Source of the DNA: an uncultured Methanosarcinales archaeon
GTDB lineage: Archaea; Nanobdellota; Nanobdellia; Woesearchaeales; ARS49
Direction: 5' to 3'
NCBI GenBank assembly: GCA_964497645.1
Contig: CAZCCU010000001.1
Span: forward strand, 32,398-96,397
DNA length: 64,000 nucleotides
Part shown: positions 25,183-34,099 of the stretch, piece by piece
Layout of the letters: the number at the start of each line of letters is the position of its first letter
Numbering within the stretch: position 1 is the stretch's first letter
Notes under the pieces: model-generated
The model's input: only the letters and a program-made list of their open reading frames with translations
What the model was told of the DNA's origin: nothing
Databases searched by the model: none
Program-made: the position numbers and the translations under genes

Positions 25183-26337
25183 TTATTTCAGCTCTATTGC
25201 TTCGCCGGACTTGACCTGCTTGATGGCAAACGCCATTATTGGGTCGCCGTTGCTGTCGATGGTCAACTTGCCAACAGCACCGTCCCAGTTCTTGACTGAG
25301 TACAAAAAGTCACGAATATTCTCCGTATTCATGCCATGCTGTCTGACTGCCTCAGCAATCAAATACACGTCATCATACGCAGATGCCATGAAGAAAGGCT
25401 GCGGAGCATCCCTTCCATTCTTCCGCTTATACTTCTCGAACAACGCAGAAGCCTTGGTGTTCGCTGCATCAAATGCAGGCTCAAGACCAATAAAGCCCTC
25501 AAGCAAATCAGCATTCTCCTTTGTAGCACCAGGAGCAATCAATATTTCCGCGCCAATCAATTGCTGCTTTGCACCAGCCTCACGCAACTGCTTAATAATA
25601 AGAAGGCCCTTCACGGCAGTCTGAGGGTAAACAGCAATAACATCAGGCTTCTCGCGAATGATTTTCAAAATCTGCGTCTTAAAATCAGCATCATCAGGAC
25701 CATACAATTCATCAGCGACAATCTTACCGCCAGCCTTTGTGAAAGTATCCTTGAAAGTGTTCCTCAAACCCTGCGCGTAGTCCTTCTGCTCAGAAATAAC
25801 AGCGGCCTTTGTCCAGCCATGCTTGAAAGCATATTCAGCCGCAACTGAAGCCGAGAAAGCATCGCTTGGGTAAGTCCTAAATGCAAAGTCACCCATTGTT
25901 GTTATGGTTGGGTTGCTTGCAGACGGGCTCAAAATTATAATCTTCTTAGGCTCGGTTATAGGAATAGCGGCAATCATTTCAGAACTGCACGCGCCACCCA
26001 AAATAACTTGCACATTATCAACATCAACCAATTTCCGGGTTGCGGTTGTTGCAGCCTTAGCATCACATTTAGCATCCTCAAAGATAATCTCCAACTGCCT
26101 GCCATCAATTCCACCAGCAGCATTAATCTCTTCCAAAGCGATCTGCATACCAGCCTGCTCAGGAAGACCATACTCAGCAGCATCTCCCGTTAAAGGCAAA
26201 ATAGCGCCAAGCTTTATCGTTTCCACAGGAGGAGCTTCTTCTTCCACTTCAACTACAGGCTTAGATTCCTGCACTTGTGCGCAAGCGACAAAGAACATCA
26301 GCAAAACTCCAATAATTCCTATAGTAAGTTTGTTCAT
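25183..26337 (-). CDS. Liv-type substrate-binding lipoprotein, paralog 4
   Basis: Lipobox FFVAC, KLGAILPLTGDAAEYG, C-terminal GKLTIDSNGD. Confidence 0.85.
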   Translation of the reverse strand: MNKLTIGIIGVLLMFFVACAQVQESKPVVEVEEEAPPVETIKLGAILPLTGDAAEYGLPEQAGMQIALEEINAAGGIDGRQLEIIFEDAKCDAKAATTATRKLVDVDNVQVILGGACSSEMIAAIPITEPKKIIILSPSASNPTITTMGDFAFRTYPSDAFSASVAAEYAFKHGWTKAAVISEQKDYAQGLRNTFKDTFTKAGGKIVADELYGPDDADFKTQILKIIREKPDVIAVYPQTAVKGLLIIKQLREAGAKQQLIGAEILIAPGATKENADLLEGFIGLEPAFDAANTKASALFEKYKRKNGRDAPQPFFMASAYDDVYLIAEAVRQHGMNTENIRDFLYSVKNWDGAVGKLTIDSNGDPIMAFAIKQVKSGEAIELK

Positions 26338-26400
26338 CTAAAACCCCCTCTGTATTATGAAGTTTACAGTCGACGTCATATATAAACGTTCCCAGAAACC

Positions 26401-26409
26401 TTTTTAAAT
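26401..26409 (+). promoter_or_regulatory. TATA-like box for glyS
   Basis: TTTTTAAAT, 21 nt upstream of the ATG at 26431. Confidence 0.5.
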
Positions 26410-26430
26410 CAAATAACAAGTTCAAAAACC

Positions 26431-27915
26431 ATGGCCAGCTATGAAGACATAGTCAATCTAGCACTAAGAAGAAGCCTATTCTACCCTGCAAACGAGATTT
26501 ATGCAAACGCACCAGCAGGATTCTACGATTTCGGACCATACGGAGCCACGATAAGAAGAAAAATCATCAATGTATGGAGAAAACACCTAATACAAAAAGA
26601 AGAATTCTTCGAACTAGACGGCGCAATAACCATGCCAGAAGACGTATTCAAAGCATCCGGACACTTAACAAATTTCAACGACCCAATCACACAATGCAAA
26701 AAATGCAACACAATACACAGAGCGGATAAATTACTTGAAGAAGCAACAAAAAAACCATACAAAGAGTCCGCACCTCTGGAAGAGCTGACTGCGGCATTGC
26801 GAGAGCACAAGCTCAAATGCCCAAAATGCAAAGGCGAGTTAATGGACGTAAAACGCTTCAACATGATGGTAAAAGCGGATGTTGGCGTCAGCACAAAAGC
26901 AGCATGCTACCTTCGCCCTGAAACTTGCCAGACGATCTTCGTAGATTGGTCTAGAATGGTAAGAACAATGAGAGTAAAACTGCCAAAAGGAGTAGCACAA
27001 GTCGGAAAATCATTCAGAAACGAAATCTCGCCAAGACAAACACTCCTACGGCAAGTAGAATTCTCACAAATGGAAGCAGAAATATTCTTCGACCCAGAAC
27101 AAATAAATGAAATAGAAAGATGGGAAGAAGTCAAAAGCTACGCACTGCGCATAATGAAGGCAGGAAGCGACAAGATTGAGTACATTCCAGCAGAAAAATT
27201 AGTCAAGGACAAAGTCGTAAGCGGAACATTAATCGCTTACTACCTCGCACGAACACAGCAACTCTTCGAAAAATACGGCATACCAATAGAAAAAATGCGA
27301 TTCAGACAACTAGACGACAAAGAAAGAGCATTCTACGCAAAAGAAGGCTGGGATTTCGAAGTTGAAACATCACTAGGATGGGTAGAGCTTATCGCAAACA
27401 ATTACAGAACAGACTATGATTTGAAAGGACACATGGAAGGAAGCAAAGCAGATTTACAATTCGCAACGCCAGAAGGCAGAAAATTCATACCGCACATCTG
27501 GGAAATCTCAATAGGCCTGGACAGAACATTCTACGCAACACTGGAAATGGCATACAGGCAAAAAGAGGACAGAGTCTGGCTCTCGCTGCCACCCTCACTG
27601 GCGCCAATACACGCAGGCATATTCCCGCTCATGGCAAACGAAAAAGCCAAAGACCTAGTCAAAAAAGCAAGAGAAATATACGAAGAACTACATGAATGTT
27701 ATGAAGTTCAATACGATGACACGGGAAGCATAGGAAAAAGATACGCGCGCATGGACGAAATAGGAGTGCCATGGTGCATAACAATAGATTTTGACTCTAT
27801 CACAAACAATGATGTCACAATCAGAGCGCGCGACACTGCAGCACAGAAAAGAGTAAAAATAAGCGAGCTAAGAGACACACTTTACCAATTAATTACGGGA
27901 AAAATGCACATCTAG
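26431..27915 (+). CDS. glyS: Glycyl-tRNA synthetase (alpha2, archaeal/eukaryal type)
   Basis: N-terminal RRSLFYPANEIYANAPAGFYDFGPYG, RPETCQ, class II motifs, and a C-terminal anticodon-binding region (GKRYARMDEIGVPWCITID). Confidence 0.9.
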   Translation: MASYEDIVNLALRRSLFYPANEIYANAPAGFYDFGPYGATIRRKIINVWRKHLIQKEEFFELDGAITMPEDVFKASGHLTNFNDPITQCKKCNTIHRADKLLEEATKKPYKESAPLEELTAALREHKLKCPKCKGELMDVKRFNMMVKADVGVSTKAACYLRPETCQTIFVDWSRMVRTMRVKLPKGVAQVGKSFRNEISPRQTLLRQVEFSQMEAEIFFDPEQINEIERWEEVKSYALRIMKAGSDKIEYIPAEKLVKDKVVSGTLIAYYLARTQQLFEKYGIPIEKMRFRQLDDKERAFYAKEGWDFEVETSLGWVELIANNYRTDYDLKGHMEGSKADLQFATPEGRKFIPHIWEISIGLDRTFYATLEMAYRQKEDRVWLSLPPSLAPIHAGIFPLMANEKAKDLVKKAREIYEELHECYEVQYDDTGSIGKRYARMDEIGVPWCITIDFDSITNNDVTIRARDTAAQKRVKISELRDTLYQLITGKMHI

Positions 27916-27924
27916 GAGGCTGTT

Positions 27925-28212
27925 ATGGAAATCAAAGACCTACAAGCAGGACAAGGAAAAATCGACATAGTTGTAGAGATAGTCAGCGTAGCTGAGCCGC
28001 GAACTTTTGACAAATTCGGCAAAGCAGGAAAAGTAGCGAACGCCAAAGCAAAAGACGCATCAGGAGAAATCACTTTGACATTATGGAACGAACAATGCGA
28101 CCTGGTCAAAGAAGGAATGAAAGTCCACATCATCAACGGCTACGTCTCAGAATTCAGAGGCGAAAAACAGCTAGGAACAGGAAAGTTCGGAAGACTGGAA
28201 GTCGTGCAGTAA
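27925..28212 (+). CDS. Short OB-fold nucleic-acid-binding protein (SSB/RPA-like)
   Basis: A 95-aa single OB-like pattern (IDIVVEIVSV...GKVANAKAKDASGEITLTLWNEQ...VHIINGYVSEFRGEKQL). Confidence 0.65.
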   Translation: MEIKDLQAGQGKIDIVVEIVSVAEPRTFDKFGKAGKVANAKAKDASGEITLTLWNEQCDLVKEGMKVHIINGYVSEFRGEKQLGTGKFGRLEVVQ

Positions 28213-28243
28213 ATTATTTTGTTTCTTCTTTTGACAGAAAACC

Positions 28244-28250
28244 TTTTAAA
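28244..28250 (+). promoter_or_regulatory. TATA-like box for tRNA-Phe
   Basis: TTTTAAA, 27 nt upstream of the mature tRNA 5' end at 28278. Confidence 0.5.
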
Positions 28251-28277
28251 GCAAAGCTAAGGGTAATTCTTGATATC

Positions 28278-28351
28278 GGGAGTGTAGCTCAGCCTGGGAG
28301 AGCACTACGCTGAAGACGTAGTTGTCGCTGGTTCAAATCCGGCCACTCCCA
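28278..28351 (+). tRNA. tRNA-Phe (anticodon GAA), 74 nt, no encoded CCA, no intron
   Basis: Manual cloverleaf: acceptor GGGAGTG/CACTCCC, D arm GCTC-AGCCTGGGA-GAGC, anticodon arm CTACG-CTGAAGA-CGTAG, variable TTGTC, T arm GCTGG-TTCAAAT-CCGGC, discriminator A. Confidence 0.9.
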
Positions 28352-28359
28352 TTTTTTTT
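28352..28359 (+). terminator. Oligo-T tract immediately after the tRNA
   Basis: T8 run directly 3' of the discriminator base. Oligo-T is the usual archaeal termination signal. Confidence 0.5.
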
Positions 28360-30535
28360 AAGAAATCGCCATCGATGCGCTTCCCACAATCTGCGCAGCA
28401 ATAATGTTGAATATCAGCATGACGATACCAGAGATAAGACAGTACAAAATAGTGCTCTTAATCAAATTATTTCCGAGCAAATAACGCTCCTGCAATTTAT
28501 CAGCACCATTCTCAATACCGTTGGACAGAATCGTCAAAATGTAAACGATCTGGAAAACGTAAATTCCAACAACAGCCTGGAAATAATACGTAGGAACACC
28601 ATCACCAAAAAAGTTCGCCAAAGCACCAATATTCGTGCCACCCTGCTCAGCGCCAAGATTAGTAATATTTTTTGACAGACTACCCAAAATATAAGTGATC
28701 ATAGAAGTAATACCGATGACAATACCGCTGATAGCAGGAGTCAAAAACGCAATCTGAGACTTCATGTCAGAAATAATATCTGCCATCAAATCCTTCAAAC
28801 GCTCGTTCACCTTGTGAATTTCTTTAATATAACGCGCAACGTTCAACAAAGCCTGCGCAGCAATAAGAGGACCCTTCCTGACGCTCTCAATCAAAACCTT
28901 CATGGAAGACTGGATAATCGCGCTCGGGAACGCGGCAAGCGCGCCTCTCTGCGGGTTAAAAATCGCTTCACGCACGCTCATACCAAGCTTGCTGATGTTA
29001 ATAGCAACCAATTTGAAAAACCTGCCAGAAGTAGACTCTTCCATGACTTCAGCAACCTTCTGAAACGCGATCTCAGCCGGCAAGCCATCGCCAAGACGGT
29101 TACCCAGCTGGAACAAAGCAGAAGAAAACTCATCCTCCAACTTCTTAGCTTCCTCACGAATCTTAATCACGTTCTGACTGCGCAACCTATAGTACAAGCC
29201 AAAACTCAACGCCAAACTAATCGGAAAGAACAGCGACAATATGCTGGCGCCAAGCCCAAACGGACCGAGAATCAAACCCTCAGTCTTCATGCTCTCCTTA
29301 TACCCCAGCAGTTCAAAACTAGCTCCACCGGCGCCGCAACCATGCACTCCTGTCTTATCAAAGCAAAGATCAAAATTAGGATTTACAAAATGAATGATCA
29401 AAGGAGACAAAGCGATAAAAAGCATGGCAAAGCCGACAATACACGCGATAAAAAAAGGAGGAATAGTAACTTCAGAGCCGGCAACTTTCAGTATAACATT
29501 ATTATATTTCTTCAGCGCAGGATTAATCTCAGAGACATCAGTATCACCATACCCAGTCGGCCTCTTAGACAGAACATTCTTGCCCATAAAGTAAACAGTA
29601 AAAGGCAATACAACATTGTACAATGCAGCGATATGATACCAAGATATGCCCTCCATGAAGCTGACCATCAAAGGCAAAATAACCAGGCCCAAAATCGGCA
29701 GGATGACACCAAGCATGTGAAGCATAGTAATCGGACCCTTCAAATTCTGAGCATAATGCAACATTTTTTCGTACGTCTCGTCAAGAATGACATCAAGGCC
29801 CTTATCCAGCAAACCCAAACGCCTCTCTTCAGACGTTTCGTATAAAGAGCTCTGAACCAAATGGAAAGACTCGACAAACTCCATATTAGACGAGCGCCAG
29901 CTCTCCAAATATGTATCAAGAGAGTCCTTGATATTCTCAAATTTACTATTCTCAACATCCCAAAGAACTTTTCGCAAATCCAAACTCAAAGGAGGAGTAA
30001 GATGCTCAGAAGCAAACTCGATAGCAAGCTCCAAATTGGAAGTGTGGCGCATGTACGTAACGACATAGAAAATGCACAGCACCATCTGGTTGCTCGACTT
30101 CATCCTCCACACGTTTGCCATAAATTCAGGAGTCTTCTGCAACAAGAAAATACCCGAAATGCCAATAGTAAGACCGAACAGAGCGAAAAAGACACTATTC
30201 AATACCAGCATCGAGAATAAAATGCTGACGAACATGAAGGCAACAGGAACCACGATGCTGGCAGCCATCACGCCAGAAGGCGTAGTCTGCAAGTGAGCGA
30301 TAGTAATGAAGTCCTGAAGCTGAGCAGCCCTGTCAGGCTTCACTTTCATCTTCAACAACTTCTCACAGAAATTGCATAAATTCTCATAAGCAGTCATGTG
30401 AGGAGGCAGAATCTCCTTCCTGAAAATTTGATACTCACGGCTGTACAACTGCGAGCTGGGCATTGTGGCTTGAACCCCCAACTGCTCAGAAAGCTTATGC
30501 TTGTACTTCGCAATCAATTCCTGCTCACTGCTCAT
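28358..30535 (-). CDS. FlaJ/TadC/PilC-like polytopic platform protein of a type IV filament system (725 aa, oversized)
   Basis: ATG 30535 (MSSEQELI...) makes an ATGA overlap with the ATPase stop. Cytoplasmic helical domains alternate with TM clusters. One segment (LFQLGNRLGDGLPAEIAFQKVAE...ISKLGMSVREAIF...FPSAIIQSSMKVLIESVRKG) resembles a T2SS-F domain. Confidence 0.65.
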   Translation of the reverse strand: MSSEQELIAKYKHKLSEQLGVQATMPSSQLYSREYQIFRKEILPPHMTAYENLCNFCEKLLKMKVKPDRAAQLQDFITIAHLQTTPSGVMAASIVVPVAFMFVSILFSMLVLNSVFFALFGLTIGISGIFLLQKTPEFMANVWRMKSSNQMVLCIFYVVTYMRHTSNLELAIEFASEHLTPPLSLDLRKVLWDVENSKFENIKDSLDTYLESWRSSNMEFVESFHLVQSSLYETSEERRLGLLDKGLDVILDETYEKMLHYAQNLKGPITMLHMLGVILPILGLVILPLMVSFMEGISWYHIAALYNVVLPFTVYFMGKNVLSKRPTGYGDTDVSEINPALKKYNNVILKVAGSEVTIPPFFIACIVGFAMLFIALSPLIIHFVNPNFDLCFDKTGVHGCGAGGASFELLGYKESMKTEGLILGPFGLGASILSLFFPISLALSFGLYYRLRSQNVIKIREEAKKLEDEFSSALFQLGNRLGDGLPAEIAFQKVAEVMEESTSGRFFKLVAINISKLGMSVREAIFNPQRGALAAFPSAIIQSSMKVLIESVRKGPLIAAQALLNVARYIKEIHKVNERLKDLMADIISDMKSQIAFLTPAISGIVIGITSMITYILGSLSKNITNLGAEQGGTNIGALANFFGDGVPTYYFQAVVGIYVFQIVYILTILSNGIENGADKLQERYLLGNNLIKSTILYCLISGIVMLIFNIIAAQIVGSASMAIS

Positions 30536-32784
30536 CGCTTCACCGCATTCTTTAACCACTCATTCCACTGGAAAAAAATTCGCTGGCTGTCCAAACTGCC
30601 AATTTCCTCTCTGATTTGCTCTGAAATCCTGTGAAACTCATCATTCGCGCGAATGTAAAAAGACGCCTCCAGCAAATCAAGATTCTTCAATTTGTTTGCG
30701 GTCGCCACAATAGTTTCCTTAGTCTTTGACCTCAGCATAATATTATCCCATACTGCATCCCAATTGCCGGCCCATTCCTTCACACTGCCTGCCACGGACT
30801 TGATAACATCACTATCACCCCTCAACAAGTCATTGGTCGGAATCAACGAATCAGTCTGCGGGTCATACTTAAACAAGTCAACAAAACCACCCTCGGTCAA
30901 CGGGTCGTCCTCCCACAACTTGCGCACTTCAGTAATCTGAGTCACTCTTCTATACCTATGAATGCCATCAGGACTACGAACAGGATTAGCAACGACGATC
31001 AAATCAGTAGCCTTAAAGCTAGTTCTCGGCACTCCCAAATCATTCACGACACGATCAAACACACCATAAGGACTATCACCGTGAATAGTTCCAGCAACAA
31101 CATTTGCCAAAGCACCAACACGCATTGCCTCATACAATGCCCTTGCCTCAACGCTTCTGACTTCACCCACGATCAAGCTGGAGTCGCCAAGACGAAGCGT
31201 ACTGCGAATGCCCTCATCAGCGCTGACTTCAGTCGTGCCTCTTGTCAAAGCAGACGCGACCTTCATGCTCTGCACGTTATACCCTAATTTGCGCAAAGCA
31301 TCAACTGGAAGCTCCAACGTATCTTCAATAGTGATAATCCTCGAACGGCGCATAATCTCCACCATGACGCCGCCCAGCAAACTAGTCTTACCCGAGCTTC
31401 TAGTTCCAGCGATCAGCATAGTCCTGCTTCCATCAATCAAAAAGCTCAGCGCGCCAGCAGCCAAAGGAGTTAGCATTTTCGTGTTAACAAACAACGGCAG
31501 CGTCCACGGCTTGTCACGATGACGCCTAAGAGAATACGCGAGCCCTGTAGGATTCAAAGGAGCAGCAATAGCGGCAACTCTTGCGCGCGCTTGAGGCAAT
31601 ATTAATTCGGTATCAAGAATCGGGTTAGCCTCGTCCAACGGCCTTCCAGAAATCATCCTCAATTTGGAAGCCCAGCTTTCGCCCTCAGGAGTTGTAGGAA
31701 TGATGTTGGTCGTACAATCACCAAAATCATTATGCACGATAAAAATAGGAATCCTGCCCATTGGAGAGTTAACACTAATATCCTGCACCTTGTCATCAGC
31801 AAGCAAAATCTCAATCAAGCCAAACCCAACAGTATACCGCACCAAAATCTCTGCCAAATCATCACGATCCTTATTACGCAAATGCATGTTGCGATGGCTT
31901 GCCAATTCCTCCAGCATATCAGTACCAACGCTTGTGAACACCTGGCGCATACGCTCAGGATCAACAAACTCAGAACGCTTCGGCTGGTGCTCGGCCAAAA
32001 TCTTGCGCGCGGCATCCAACAACTCGTATTTTTCCTCAGTCAGCTTAAATTCAGGAGGAACCATGTGGTAAAGATACTGAACAGTTTCAGGCAATTGGAA
32101 AATCGTAATCTCGGTATCGCCAACCTGATAACTGGCAAGCTCTTCCCCCTCCGAAGGAAAAGTGGCCATGAGCTTGGTAAACATAAAATCAGGTTTGATC
32201 GTCGGAGAGAACAATCTCCTATAAATCGTCCTGTCGCCTGGCTGGAAGCCAGGCAGGTACGGTTGAGAGAGCTGGATCAACTTAGTCTGCTCAAGCATGC
32301 CAATAGTTTCCTGCAACAACTTGAAATAATTCTGCAAACACTGAACGCCCTCAGGAGTCGTAATGCCTGCCTCAATCTGGCGCTTTTCCTCCCTGATCAA
32401 TCTTTTCAGCTCAACATACGCAGCAACAGGATCAGACTTAAACGTACGGTACAGAATGTTCTGAATCTGAGCGTATCTTGGGTTGACCCAACGCGCGCAC
32501 TCAGGCTTTGCAAGCATACCATACGCGAACTTCTGCTTCACCAAATTCTTGTAAACAACCGCAATCTCAGAAAGCAATCCCGCCTGGCTTTCATCATACT
32601 CAAAATCACGCTTCTGCAAGAAAACAAGCTGGGTGACAGTGCCAACCTCTGCCAGCATGTCAATAACCATGCTCATCAAACGAGGCTCGTCCTCTAAACT
32701 AGGAAAAAAAGGACAGCCTTCACAGTCAACCTTAAGAATAATATCTTCCCCTTCACGAATAATATCGTACTTCCCGCACTCCAT
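30532..32784 (-). CDS. FlaI/PilB/VirB11-family secretion ATPase (750 aa, long N-terminal region)
   Basis: Walker A AGTRSSGKTS, ITIEDTLEL (Asp box / Walker B region), and GTIHGDS (His box). The N-terminus carries Cys residues (MECGKYD...VDCEGCP). Confidence 0.85.
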   Translation of the reverse strand: MECGKYDIIREGEDIILKVDCEGCPFFPSLEDEPRLMSMVIDMLAEVGTVTQLVFLQKRDFEYDESQAGLLSEIAVVYKNLVKQKFAYGMLAKPECARWVNPRYAQIQNILYRTFKSDPVAAYVELKRLIREEKRQIEAGITTPEGVQCLQNYFKLLQETIGMLEQTKLIQLSQPYLPGFQPGDRTIYRRLFSPTIKPDFMFTKLMATFPSEGEELASYQVGDTEITIFQLPETVQYLYHMVPPEFKLTEEKYELLDAARKILAEHQPKRSEFVDPERMRQVFTSVGTDMLEELASHRNMHLRNKDRDDLAEILVRYTVGFGLIEILLADDKVQDISVNSPMGRIPIFIVHNDFGDCTTNIIPTTPEGESWASKLRMISGRPLDEANPILDTELILPQARARVAAIAAPLNPTGLAYSLRRHRDKPWTLPLFVNTKMLTPLAAGALSFLIDGSRTMLIAGTRSSGKTSLLGGVMVEIMRRSRIITIEDTLELPVDALRKLGYNVQSMKVASALTRGTTEVSADEGIRSTLRLGDSSLIVGEVRSVEARALYEAMRVGALANVVAGTIHGDSPYGVFDRVVNDLGVPRTSFKATDLIVVANPVRSPDGIHRYRRVTQITEVRKLWEDDPLTEGGFVDLFKYDPQTDSLIPTNDLLRGDSDVIKSVAGSVKEWAGNWDAVWDNIMLRSKTKETIVATANKLKNLDLLEASFYIRANDEFHRISEQIREEIGSLDSQRIFFQWNEWLKNAVKR

Positions 32785-32873
32785 ATTTCCCCTCTTTTAC
32801 TACTAATATACAGTCACACAAGTTTATGATATTCCCAAATAACTTTAAGACTTGAGGTATTTAAACGTTTAGC

Positions 32874-33356
32874 ATGGCAGACGAAGCAATACAATACGGC
32901 GCAGAAGCGCCAGCACCAGCAAAAAAAGGACTCTTCGCAGCAAAAACACCTCCGCAAATTCCGGACATCAGCGGCATGACGGAACAAATAAACTCCATGG
33001 CTGCCAGAGTGAGAATAGGCGAAGAAAGATATGGCGAGCTCCGCAAAAAACTACTCCTAATAGAACAAAACATGCTATCAAACAACAAAAAAGCCCTAAC
33101 AGAAATAAAATCATTACAAACAGACCTGATAGAAATGAAACGCACAATGCAAGCAGTCGAAGACAGAATAATAATGGTGATCAAAGAACTACGATTAACA
33201 GCAAGAAAGGAAGACATAGACATAATGAGAAGATATCTAGACCTCTGGAATCCAGTGAAGTTCATCACCCATGACCAAGTAGAAAAAATAATTGACGAAA
33301 AACTCGGCCAAAGCGAAGAACCAGAACTAAAACCGAATTATGACAGTCCGTCCTGA
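32874..33356 (+). CDS. Coiled-coil hypothetical protein (160 aa)
   Basis: Divergent from the ATPase gene. The heptad-rich centre ends in ...RRYLDLWNPVKFIT. This faintly resembles archaellum accessory FlaC-type proteins, but that link is unsupported. Confidence 0.45.
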   Translation: MADEAIQYGAEAPAPAKKGLFAAKTPPQIPDISGMTEQINSMAARVRIGEERYGELRKKLLLIEQNMLSNNKKALTEIKSLQTDLIEMKRTMQAVEDRIIMVIKELRLTARKEDIDIMRRYLDLWNPVKFITHDQVEKIIDEKLGQSEEPELKPNYDSPS

Positions 33357-33418
33357 TTCTGTTAAGCACCATACAAGAAGGTAGGGCTTGTTAGCTGATT
33401 AAGGGCACGCTTGGTTGC

Positions 33419-33853
33419 TTATTGCTTGACTTTGTTTATTATTAATAACACTGTTCCAATAATGTACAGCACTGCTGCAGGAATCACTCCGGAAATATAA
33501 ATGAAAACTAGTGCAAATCCATCACACAAGTTGTACCAGAAACAATTCTGTGTTTCTGTTGATAGTATCTGGATTAAAATTGAAAAAAGAATTAGCGCTG
33601 CTGCAACTACCATACAAATAAATGCAGCGGTTACTAATTTGGTCCGTGGAACTTGTCCTGCACCAACACGCATATAAAACTTGCCTGAAGAGTAAAATGT
33701 TACAATTGCGCAGACTCCGATAAGAATGCCAACAAACCTCCATGACGACGTGGTGTTATCAGAAAAGATACTCCAGAATACTTGTAGAACGCCCAGAATA
33801 AGCCCGAAGAGTAGTATTGATAACCCGAAAAAGCGAATGATTTTTGAACGCAT
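33419..33853 (-). CDS. Hypothetical four-TM membrane protein (144 aa)
   Basis: Four hydrophobic helices. The segment is visibly AT-richer than its surroundings. Confidence 0.45.
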   Translation of the reverse strand: MRSKIIRFFGLSILLFGLILGVLQVFWSIFSDNTTSSWRFVGILIGVCAIVTFYSSGKFYMRVGAGQVPRTKLVTAAFICMVVAAALILFSILIQILSTETQNCFWYNLCDGFALVFIYISGVIPAAVLYIIGTVLLIINKVKQ

Positions 33854-34027
33854 ACCGTGCAGATACTTTCCGCAGAATATAAATATGTGCTTAATCGATA
33901 CTGATCTTAACGTATTTTAGCCTCCCCATTTCCGATGGTTTAGATAACGCTTTAATTAACTATTCAGACAATCTGTCGTAAACTGATTCTGCTCCAAAAC
34001 CACGCTGAACAGTATATTCGGCTGGGC

Positions 34028-34051
34028 TTTGAAATGCTTTCGCATTTCAAA
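34028..34051. promoter_or_regulatory. Perfect 10-bp inverted repeat abutting a TATA-like box
   Basis: TTTGAAATGC-TTTC-GCATTTCAAA, followed 3 nt later by CTTTAAAAA (34054-34062), upstream of the ATG at 34100. Confidence 0.4.
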
Positions 34052-34099
34052 ACCTTTAAAAAGCATTGTTGCCTTGTTAAACGAAAAGAGTTGAACACT

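Noticed and set aside
26690-26835. CxxC...CxxC insertion in GlyRS (QCKKCNTIHRADKL...KCPKCKGEL) as an unusual zinc-ribbon acquisition
   Set aside because: As far as I recall, a C-x2-C...RAD segment at this position is common in alpha2-type GlyRS. It is therefore probably a normal feature, though I have not verified this.
28814-29845. Long antisense ORFs in the track. Examples: 28814-29845 (343 aa), 31732-32697 (321 aa), 23928-24728 (266 aa), 38311-39120 (269 aa), 10568-11209 (213 aa), 45217-45825 (202 aa) and 62959-63702 (247 aa).
   Set aside because: Each lies entirely opposite a gene with strong family motifs. Their translations are low-complexity (rich in S, L, R, N, Q and K) with no motifs. 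The strongly purine/A-rich coding strands make stop codons rare in some antisense frames, so these are expected artefacts.
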